Below are positions 9,085-16,468 of a stretch of 64,000 nt of DNA, in pieces. The stretch is from Bacteroidales bacterium. Lineage in GTDB: Bacteria; Bacteroidota; Bacteroidia; Bacteroidales; VadinHA17. Each line of letters opens with the position of its first letter. Position 1 is the stretch's first letter. Where the stretch lies: positions 4,753 through 68,752 of the forward strand of contig JAVEXG010000003.1 of NCBI GenBank assembly GCA_034004115.1. Reading direction: 5' to 3'. The translations under genes were made by a program, and so were the position numbers. Under the pieces are notes generated by a model. It saw only the letters and a list, made by a program, of their open reading frames with translations. It made no database searches and was not told the origin of the DNA.

Positions 9085-10404
9085 ATGAAAGCAACAAATT
9101 ACATATTCGGCCTTGCCCTTCTGACTCTCGCCTCCTGCTCTTCGGGGCTGTATGTGGGAACAGAATACGATGACCTGTATTACGTGAGTTCCGATCAGCC
9201 TGTAACACAGGCAAGAACCAGCGAACGCAATCAGATTTCCGAAGGCAATCTGAGATCAGGATCATACTACGACAACATCTATGCGGCCGACACCCTTGTA
9301 TCGGAGGAATATTCCGATGCAGTCGACTATGCCGATGCGGGCAGTTATGACAACAGATACGATTATTATGACGGCTCCTACTCCGGAAGGCTGAACAGGT
9401 TCTACGGGAACTACTTCAACCCTTACTGGAGGGATCCTTTCTATTCCAGCTTCTACCCTTCGTTCGGGTTCAACAGCTTCTACTCCGGATTCCCGTACTC
9501 ATACTACGATCCGTTCTACTACGATTACTACAGCCCTTATTCCTACGGAGGCTTTTACAGCCCCTACTCATACGGCGGATACTACGGAATGGGGATGGGA
9601 ATGGGAATGGGAATGGGATATTACAGCCCATACTATAGCTCCTTTTATTCACCCTGGTACTACGGCAGGTATTACAGCCCCTACAGCTACAACGACTATG
9701 ATGTGAATTACGGCAGAAGAGAAAGACCAAGCAATATGTCGACCCGCTGGTCAGGCGGCAGCGCCACAGGGGCATCGGGAACTTCCGGAACAGCCTCTTC
9801 CAGGAGAAGCACCGACCCGGCTTCCGGCACCGGAGTCCCGGCCACCGGAACTGTTGGAACATCAACTTCGAGGAGGACTACTTCCCCGGTCAGTGGTACT
9901 CAGCAGCCTGTAGCAGGTGAAAGAAGAACCACAACCCAGGGATCAGGCAACACCGGAACTCAGTCAACCCAGACCAGAAGACCTGTTGCAACACGACCTG
10001 AATACAATTCAGTAAACAGGTCATATACTCCTACTTATACAAATCCAAGGGTTAGCACCAGGCCTTCGTACAACAACACCAGGGTAAATAGCGGGACCAC
10101 CACCAGGCCTTCCAGCTCTTCAACCCAGGGAAGAAGCAGTTCATCATACTCCACACCTTCCAGGTCAAGCTCTTCATACAGCAACCCCGGTACCTACTCT
10201 GTTCCGTCAAGAAGAAGCTCAGGCAACTCATACTCATCAGGATCATCCTACAGCGGAGGCAGTTCTTCTTACAGCGGAGGCAGCTCGGTGTCGAGGAGCA
10301 GTGGCTCATACTCAGGGGGTTCTTCTTACTCGGGTTCCTCTTCTTCGGGAAGCTCATCTTCATCATCATCATCCGGCCGCTCTTCATCAGGAGGAAGAAG
10401 GTAA
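9085..10404 (+). CDS. low-complexity Tyr/Ser/Gly/Thr/Arg-rich lipoprotein (function unknown)
   Basis: 439 aa. Lipoprotein signal 'MKATNYIFGLALLTLASC' with the lipobox Cys at residue 18. A Tyr/Phe/Pro/Ser-rich core follows ('YYSPYSYGGFYSPYSYGGYYGMGMGMGMGMGYYSPYYSSFYSPWYYGRYYSPYSY'), then a Thr/Ser/Gly/Arg-rich region, then a Ser-rich tail with SYSGGSS repeats ending in GGRR. Confidence 0.7.
   Translation: MKATNYIFGLALLTLASCSSGLYVGTEYDDLYYVSSDQPVTQARTSERNQISEGNLRSGSYYDNIYAADTLVSEEYSDAVDYADAGSYDNRYDYYDGSYSGRLNRFYGNYFNPYWRDPFYSSFYPSFGFNSFYSGFPYSYYDPFYYDYYSPYSYGGFYSPYSYGGYYGMGMGMGMGMGYYSPYYSSFYSPWYYGRYYSPYSYNDYDVNYGRRERPSNMSTRWSGGSATGASGTSGTASSRRSTDPASGTGVPATGTVGTSTSRRTTSPVSGTQQPVAGERRTTTQGSGNTGTQSTQTRRPVATRPEYNSVNRSYTPTYTNPRVSTRPSYNNTRVNSGTTTRPSSSSTQGRSSSSYSTPSRSSSSYSNPGTYSVPSRRSSGNSYSSGSSYSGGSSSYSGGSSVSRSSGSYSGGSSYSGSSSSGSSSSSSSSGRSSSGGRR
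9586..9618 (+). repeat. in-frame hexanucleotide tandem repeat (GGAATG/GGGATG)x5 encoding GMGMGMGMGMG
   Basis: Read directly: ggaatg gggatg ggaatg ggaatg ggaatg gga, inside CDS 9085..10404. Confidence 0.9.
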
Positions 10405-10486
10405 TTAAATTAAATTTAATAAAATATTGATTATCAATACATTCTGTAATGGAATGCGGGTATTCTCTTAAATAAAAAGAAAGATA

Positions 10487-11968
10487 ATGAAAAGGTCAGC
10501 CTTAATAATTGCAGCAGCATTGCTTACACTCACCGGGCTGAGAGCCCAGAATGTAGATGATGCCCTAAGATACTCCCAGATCTTCTACACCGGTACAGCC
10601 AGGTTTATGTCGATGGGAGGTGCCTTCACAGCCCTCGGAGGCGATATGTCAACCTTCAGCCAGAACCCTGCCGGAATAGGGGTGTTCAGATCTTCAGAAA
10701 TATCACTGACACCGCAGCTTCTGCATGCAAAAACATCGGCTAATTTCAACGGGATCTCCGATGATTACCTGTACAATTTTAACCTTGGTCAGGCAGGCGT
10801 TGTCGGAAACCTGATAAAGGGAAGCGGAACTACCGGATTGATCTCACTCAATGTCGGATACTCATTCAACAAGACGAACAACCTGAACAATACGGCACGT
10901 ATTCAGGGAAACAGTTCAAACAGCTCAATGGCCGACTACTGGGCTGATGAGGCTTATGGTATTTACTATGGCGATATCGGAGGCGCAGCCGGAATTGCAT
11001 ACGATGCTTGGATCATAGATACAATAACAGGTTCTGGTGCCAGTTACTACGGTACTGTTTTTTCGAATTACGGCGACAACCCTACATCGGAGTACGGTCA
11101 GAACATCAGGCGACTTATCACCAACCAGGGATATACGGGTGAGCATGCAATCTCAATCGGTGGAAACTATTCAAACAAAGTGTATTTCGGAGCCACCCTG
11201 GGCATCAGCACCATGAGGTATTCCGGGCACTATGAACATCTTGAGAAGGCCGACTATTTCCTCGATTCACAGTTCAGCGATTTCTCATATGTTGAGCATT
11301 TTGAAAATACGGGAACCGGGGTTAACCTCAAGATTGGAGCTATCATCAGGCCGGTAGAGGAACTCAGAATCGGAGTCGCCTTCCATTCACCCACATTATA
11401 TAAGATTGAAGAGAGGTTCTATGATAACATCTCTTCCAATTTCACCGATGGCGGACATTATGAATTCTATAACGACGAGCTGGTTTATGAATATGCACTG
11501 ACAACTCCTTTCAGGGCTCTTGCCGGTGTTGCTTACCAGATTGAAAAAACAGGTCTTCTGAGCGTTGATTATGAATTTGTTGATTACAGCATGGTTAAGT
11601 TCTCGGAAACAGGCGATGACTATGATTACAGTGAGAAGAATCTTGATATAAAGAATACTCTGCAACCTGCACATAACATCCGCGTTGGCGGCGAACTGAG
11701 GTTTAACAAACTGTACTTCAGGGGAGGATACGGCTATTACGGAAAGGTATTCAGGGAGGATGAGGTTAATAAGGATTTATTCAACAGGTCAATTTCGGCT
11801 GGTCTCGGCTTCAGGGAGCAGAACCTGAGTATCGACTTCGGCTTTACAAACATGAGGAACGAACAGAAATACATCCTGTACGACTCCTACTATGAGACAG
11901 CAATGGCCAACCTGACTAACACCAGAAATATGTTTTCGATTACACTTGGTTATAAATTTGGCTTCTAG
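10487..11968 (+). CDS. FadL/TodX/PorV-like outer-membrane beta-barrel protein
   Basis: 493 aa. Signal peptide 'MKRSALIIAAALLTLTGLRAQ'. The N-terminal motif 'ARFMSMGGAFTALGGDMSTFSQNPAGIG' resembles the hatch motif of FadL/PorV-type barrels. The C-terminus 'ITLGYKFGF' ends in an aromatic residue, as is typical of OM barrels. Confidence 0.55.
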   Translation: MKRSALIIAAALLTLTGLRAQNVDDALRYSQIFYTGTARFMSMGGAFTALGGDMSTFSQNPAGIGVFRSSEISLTPQLLHAKTSANFNGISDDYLYNFNLGQAGVVGNLIKGSGTTGLISLNVGYSFNKTNNLNNTARIQGNSSNSSMADYWADEAYGIYYGDIGGAAGIAYDAWIIDTITGSGASYYGTVFSNYGDNPTSEYGQNIRRLITNQGYTGEHAISIGGNYSNKVYFGATLGISTMRYSGHYEHLEKADYFLDSQFSDFSYVEHFENTGTGVNLKIGAIIRPVEELRIGVAFHSPTLYKIEERFYDNISSNFTDGGHYEFYNDELVYEYALTTPFRALAGVAYQIEKTGLLSVDYEFVDYSMVKFSETGDDYDYSEKNLDIKNTLQPAHNIRVGGELRFNKLYFRGGYGYYGKVFREDEVNKDLFNRSISAGLGFREQNLSIDFGFTNMRNEQKYILYDSYYETAMANLTNTRNMFSITLGYKFGF

Positions 11969-11990
11969 CCTGCTTTACTGCTTAATAAAT

Positions 11991-12019
11991 AAAAGGTGTC
12001 CTGCCAGACACCTTTTTTC
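11991..12019. terminator. bidirectional intrinsic terminator between convergent genes
   Basis: Perfect 10-bp stem aaaaggtgtc (11991..12000) / gacacctttt (12007..12016) with a 6-nt loop. A T-run follows on the plus strand and an A-run precedes it, which gives a T-run on the minus strand. Confidence 0.75.
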
Positions 12020-12022
12020 TTG

Positions 12023-12625
12023 TTATATAAACAAGGCTGCATCCGGACCAAGGTTAAAGATCAGATCGATGATGCTTAAACCTGGTACAAAACCGGCATC
12101 TCCGAAAACCTGGATGTAAGGCTTTGAACTGAATGCCTGTTCTTTTTTTGGTAAAATACTGTACCTGTAATCCCCTGGCTGAATGCTGGCCGGTTCAAAT
12201 GAAGAAGTGTAGCTTATACACTTATTTATATTCAGAAGGGCGAGGCACTCCTGAAGCAGTTCGTGGTTAAGGTCGATAAGAAAACGATGTTTTTTTCGCA
12301 GTATGCTGAAAATGTTATCTGAATAATAGAGAAAATAAGGCGACCTTCCGTATGCTGATGTGAAGGCTCTTATATGGACCTGCTGCCATCGTTTTGAATA
12401 ATCAATCTGAATATCTTTTACCGGTGCTTTTAACCTGTCGCCTTTCGTGACCGGCACGGAGAGACTAAGTACTCCATTGGATGCAAGTATCAGGCATCTG
12501 TTCCTGTAGGTTTGCTTGAGGTAGTTTTCCTCCCGTTCGATAAAGGCTTTTTCTGCATCCCGGATAAGCCTGAAATAGCAGGCTGGAGGAAAATATGCCG
12601 TGGAAAGAAGCAGTTTGTCGGCCAT
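12023..12625 (-). CDS. WbqC-like family protein (function unknown)
   Basis: 200 aa. The N-terminus 'LSTAYFPPACYFRLI...ENYLKQTYRNRC' matches my memory of the WbqC-like family. It starts 9 nt downstream of the larB stop on the same strand. Confidence 0.65.
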   Translation of the reverse strand: MADKLLLSTAYFPPACYFRLIRDAEKAFIEREENYLKQTYRNRCLILASNGVLSLSVPVTKGDRLKAPVKDIQIDYSKRWQQVHIRAFTSAYGRSPYFLYYSDNIFSILRKKHRFLIDLNHELLQECLALLNINKCISYTSSFEPASIQPGDYRYSILPKKEQAFSSKPYIQVFGDAGFVPGLSIIDLIFNLGPDAALFI

Positions 12626-12634
12626 CAGGGCAGA

Positions 12635-13384
12635 TCACTTCATCTGGTTAATCATGCTTGCAGAGAAACCGGCGCCGAAACCATTGTCGATGTTAACGAC
12701 AGTTACCCCTGATGAGCAGCTTGTAAGCATTGCCAGCAGGGCAGATATGCCCCCGAAACTTGCTCCGTATCCAACGCTTGTGGGGACAGCGATAACGGGA
12801 GAGCTGACAAGTCCTCCCACAACACTTGCGAGTGCTCCCTCCATACCGGCTATTACAATTACCACACGGCATTTCCTTATTTCGGGGAGTTTATCCACAA
12901 GGCGGTGTATCCCGGCAACACCTGCATCATAGATCCGGAGGACATTGTTCCCGAGAAGTTCGGCGGTGACGGCAGCTTCTTCCGCAACCGGTATGTCGGA
13001 GGTGCCTGCAGTGATAACCGCAATAGCAGTTTCGGGCCGTTTCATTTCGCGGACAGGGATGCTTATTATTCGTGCCTCCGGATACCATACTGCTTCAGGG
13101 AAAATATCCTTCACTGCTTCATACATTTCCCGGCCGGCCCTGGTTCCGATGACATTGTTCTTCTTTCCCGCCATCAGCCTGAAGATGCCAATTACCTGGT
13201 CGGTGGTCTTGCCTGCGCAGTATACGATTTCAGGATACCCCGTCCTGATCTCCCTGTGATTATCAATTTTTGCGTACCCTAGATCGGTAAACGGAAAGTC
13301 GTGCAGAATGTCGAGCGCTTCCTCTACACTTTTACTTCCGTCTTTTATCTCCCTGAGGAGTGCTTCAATGTCGTTCCTGTTCAT
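12635..13384 (-). CDS. larB: nickel-pincer cofactor biosynthesis protein LarB (NaAD carboxylase/hydrolase, PurE-like)
   Basis: 249 aa. PurE-like C-terminal half with 'ITAGTSDIPVAEEA' and 'IAGMEGALASVVGG'. Overlaps the larE stop by 4 nt. Confidence 0.85.
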   Translation of the reverse strand: MNRNDIEALLREIKDGSKSVEEALDILHDFPFTDLGYAKIDNHREIRTGYPEIVYCAGKTTDQVIGIFRLMAGKKNNVIGTRAGREMYEAVKDIFPEAVWYPEARIISIPVREMKRPETAIAVITAGTSDIPVAEEAAVTAELLGNNVLRIYDAGVAGIHRLVDKLPEIRKCRVVIVIAGMEGALASVVGGLVSSPVIAVPTSVGYGASFGGISALLAMLTSCSSGVTVVNIDNGFGAGFSASMINQMK

Positions 13385-14184
13385 GGTCTGGTGTTTTCAG
13401 GATCATAGGAGCCTGATCTGTATCCTTCGAGATCCAAAGATACATATCTGAATCCGATTTTCTTAAGGCCTGAGATAATAAGTTCTCTGTCAGGACTCTG
13501 AGTCATCCTGTTAAAATTGGCGGGGTGGCATTCTATTCTGGCCAGGTCGCCATGTATCCTTACCCTTGTTCCCGGATATCCGCTTGTTCGAAAGAAATCC
13601 TCCGCCTGTTCAACCATGAGGATTATTCCGGAACTAACCGGTGTGTTGTATGGGATCCTTGTAAGCAGGCAGGCCATGGATGGTTTCGAGGCGATTGTAA
13701 GTCCTTCCATGCCCAGTAAATCCCTGATATCCTGTTTTGTGAGACCAGCTTCCATCAGGGGACTTCTGATACCCAGTTCCTTCAGCGCCCTGATTCCCGG
13801 CCGGTGAGACCTGGCATCATCAGCGTTGGAACCATCAACGACGTTACTGAAACCATTATCAGCAGCAAAGCCAATCAGTTGTCCGAACAGTATCTTTTTG
13901 CAGATATAGCACCTGTCGGGCGGATTATTCCGGATTGGTTCAGGGAAGGAAAGATCTATTATCCGGTGGCTGATTTTATGAACCCTCGCAAATTCAGAAG
14001 CTTCTTCAATTTCCGAATCAGGCATATATGGGGTTCGGAGGGTGACTCCCATTATTTTTTCTTTCAGGAGTGAATTAGCCCGGAGAAGAAGATATGAACT
14101 ATCCACACCTCCTGAAAAACCTACGACAAAGGAATTCAGATCATTAAGCAACAAGTCAAGTTTATCCCTTTTATTTTCGGGCAT
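13381..14184 (-). CDS. larE: LarE sulfur transferase (PP-loop ATP pyrophosphatase)
   Basis: 267 aa. PP-loop 'GFSGGVDSSYLL' and the LarE-type 'KPSMACLLTR' Cys motif, plus an additional 'CYIC' pair at residues 92/95. Confidence 0.85.
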   Translation of the reverse strand: MPENKRDKLDLLLNDLNSFVVGFSGGVDSSYLLLRANSLLKEKIMGVTLRTPYMPDSEIEEASEFARVHKISHRIIDLSFPEPIRNNPPDRCYICKKILFGQLIGFAADNGFSNVVDGSNADDARSHRPGIRALKELGIRSPLMEAGLTKQDIRDLLGMEGLTIASKPSMACLLTRIPYNTPVSSGIILMVEQAEDFFRTSGYPGTRVRIHGDLARIECHPANFNRMTQSPDRELIISGLKKIGFRYVSLDLEGYRSGSYDPENTRP

Positions 14185-14189
14185 GATTG

Positions 14190-15365
14190 CTATTTGTTGT
14201 TTACAATTACCGAGATTATATTGTTATATACCTCCTTGACGGGGATGTTTCTTTCCGATGCAATCTTTCTGCAATCTTCGTATTCGGGTTTGACTGAAAC
14301 CTGTTTCCCGTTGTAGAACGACCTTTTCACAGTTACCTCGCCGTAGATTGTGTTAACCTTAAAAATTTCCCTTGCAAGGGTGTCTTTGTTAAATTCGAAT
14401 GATCTCATTCCAAGCGTGGTAGACTCTGTGAAGATTATCTCTTTCAGCCTGTTTTCCGAACCTTTTTCGCATATCACGTTAAGAATAACACCGGGTCTTC
14501 CCTTTTTCATAATGATCTGAGTGAAAAATACATCAGCAGCTCCGGCACTGAAAAGATTATCGGAGATATGATCGTAAAACTCCGGATTCATATCGTCAAT
14601 ATTTGCTTCCATCAGGACGGCCCGGTGTCCCTGCGCATGATCTTCGTTTGTTTCTCCCAGAAATACCCTGAGGAGGTTGGGGACCACCGGATGTTCCTTA
14701 TGTCCTATTCCGTAACCTGTTTTTGTTATATTGAGAACGGGTCCGGTCCCGAATTTTGTTCCAAGGGCAGTTACAATTGCAGCTCCTGTCGGCGTTGTAG
14801 CCTCAAAATCAACGCCTCCGACCCTGACGGGAATACCTTTAATTATTTCGGAAGTAGCAGGAGCAGGCACCGGCAGCCTGCCATGATCACAATTTACGAA
14901 TCCGCTCCCGAGTTCAACCTCCGAAACATATATGGCTTCAACCCCGAGTGCAGCGAAGCAAATTGCCGCACCGGCAACGTCAATTATTGAATCGACCGCC
15001 CCAACTTCGTGGAAATGAACCTTTTCGACAGGTATTCCGTGAACGGCAGCTTCAGCTTCTGCAATCTTCATGAATATCTTCATACTCAATTCTTTAACCT
15101 TAGCAGACAAAGCGGATTCGTTGATTATTTTCTCAATATCCGATAAGTGCCTGTGGACATGCTCATGCCTGGTCTGCTTTACGGTAATTTTAGTCCCTGT
15201 GATCCCGTGGCGCTGACTCTTTTCTGAGACAAGTTCCCATCCTTCAAGGTGGAGCTTCTCAAGTTCTGATCTCAGATATCCGATATCAATTCCAAGGTCG
15301 ACCATGGCACCGAGGTTCATGTCGCCGCTTATGCCCGAAAAACAATCATAGTACAGTACTTTCAT
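14190..15365 (-). CDS. larC: LarC nickel insertase (DUF111 family), single-polypeptide form
   Basis: 391 aa. N-terminus 'MKVLYYDCFSGISGDMNLGAMVDLG' and the His-rich 'TRHEHVHRH' segment. Confidence 0.85.
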   Translation of the reverse strand: MKVLYYDCFSGISGDMNLGAMVDLGIDIGYLRSELEKLHLEGWELVSEKSQRHGITGTKITVKQTRHEHVHRHLSDIEKIINESALSAKVKELSMKIFMKIAEAEAAVHGIPVEKVHFHEVGAVDSIIDVAGAAICFAALGVEAIYVSEVELGSGFVNCDHGRLPVPAPATSEIIKGIPVRVGGVDFEATTPTGAAIVTALGTKFGTGPVLNITKTGYGIGHKEHPVVPNLLRVFLGETNEDHAQGHRAVLMEANIDDMNPEFYDHISDNLFSAGAADVFFTQIIMKKGRPGVILNVICEKGSENRLKEIIFTESTTLGMRSFEFNKDTLAREIFKVNTIYGEVTVKRSFYNGKQVSVKPEYEDCRKIASERNIPVKEVYNNIISVIVNNK

Positions 15366-15493
15366 ATACAGCTGTTAATAGAGTGTAACAAACAAGACCC
15401 GGTAATGTTGAGATCTCATAAACCGGATAATAATCAGTAATCCTGCGTAAATATACAATTTAGAATCATTGGAGAATTGATAAAAATAATTCG

Positions 15494-15501
15494 TATTTTT
15501 G
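15494..15501 (+). promoter_or_regulatory. candidate Bacteroidota -7 promoter box (TAnnTTTG)
   Basis: 'tatttttg' lies 40 nt upstream of the ATG at 15542. No clean -33 TTTG was seen. Confidence 0.3.
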
Positions 15502-15541
15502 ATGACTTTTCGGTTACAAATTAAAACCTGAATGATTCATT

Positions 15542-16462
15542 ATGAGGAGAAGGGAGTTTTTTAGAAAATCTGTCGGGGCCGGTATTGCTGCCGGTGCTGC
15601 CTTTAGCATTGGAGGATATAATAAACTATGGGCAGCAGGGACTTCTCCGGCAAAGTATGATCTGGTTGCATTAATGGGTGGCGAGCCTGCTGCAATGTTC
15701 GACCTGGGTATCCAGGAACTTGGCGGAATGGGTACATTCATCCGGAAAGGCCAGAAGGTTCTTGTAAAACCTAATATCGGCTGGGACGTCGTTCCGGAAC
15801 TTGCAGCCAACACAAATCCCGGTCTTGTCAAAAGAATTATTGAACATTGTTTCAGGGCAGGCGCAAAGGAGGTTTATGTTTTTGATCATACCTGCGATAA
15901 CTGGGTAAATACCTACAGGAATTCGGGAATCGAAAGAGCTGCAAAGGATGCAGGAGCGAAGGTTGTTCCTGGCAACACTGAAAACTATTACCAGGATATC
16001 GAGATACCCACAGCTGTAAAGCTCAAGAAAGCCAAGGTTCACGAACTTATTATGGAGACGGATGTTTTCATAAATGTTCCCATACTGAAAGACCATAACT
16101 CAACCAGAATGACCGGCTGTCTTAAAAACATGATGGGTGTGGTATGGGACAGAGGGTACTGGCATTCGAATGATCTTCACCAGTGTATAGCCGATTTTGC
16201 TTTGTTTGAAAAGAAACCCGTCCTCAATATACTGGATTGCTACAATGTAATGGTAAAGCATGGACCGCAGGGTGTTTCAAAAGAGGATGTTGTCCAGATG
16301 AAATCACAGATCATCACTTCCGACTGGGTCGCAGGTGATGCCGCAGCTGCAAAGATGCTCAGTATTGATCCCCAGAGGATTGATTATATTCCCATTGCTC
16401 ATAAGATGGGCCTTGGCAACATGAACCTTGAATCGCTCAATATCAAGCGTATAAAAATGTAA
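15542..16462 (+). CDS. Tat-signal DUF362 domain protein (predicted periplasmic)
   Basis: 306 aa. Twin-arginine signal 'MRRREFFRKSVGAGIAAGAAFS...LWAAG'. DUF362-like core motifs 'KVLVKPNIGW' and 'NVPILKDHNSTRMTGCLKNMMG'. Confidence 0.75.
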   Translation: MRRREFFRKSVGAGIAAGAAFSIGGYNKLWAAGTSPAKYDLVALMGGEPAAMFDLGIQELGGMGTFIRKGQKVLVKPNIGWDVVPELAANTNPGLVKRIIEHCFRAGAKEVYVFDHTCDNWVNTYRNSGIERAAKDAGAKVVPGNTENYYQDIEIPTAVKLKKAKVHELIMETDVFINVPILKDHNSTRMTGCLKNMMGVVWDRGYWHSNDLHQCIADFALFEKKPVLNILDCYNVMVKHGPQGVSKEDVVQMKSQIITSDWVAGDAAAAKMLSIDPQRIDYIPIAHKMGLGNMNLESLNIKRIKM

Positions 16463-16468
16463 TTTGTA

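Noticed and set aside
8825-9265. A 146-aa minus-strand ORF spanning the proS/lipoprotein intergenic region.
   Set aside because: It overlaps the 5' end of the lipoprotein gene in antisense. Its sequence is low-information and has no start context. The region is better explained as a 294-nt divergent promoter region.
9470-10387. Antisense ORFs (9470..9865 and 10052..10387) inside the low-complexity lipoprotein gene.
   Set aside because: They are by-products of the repetitive codon composition (TAC/AGC/GGA repeats leave the reverse frames open). The plus frame has the signal peptide and lipobox and runs the full 1.3 kb.
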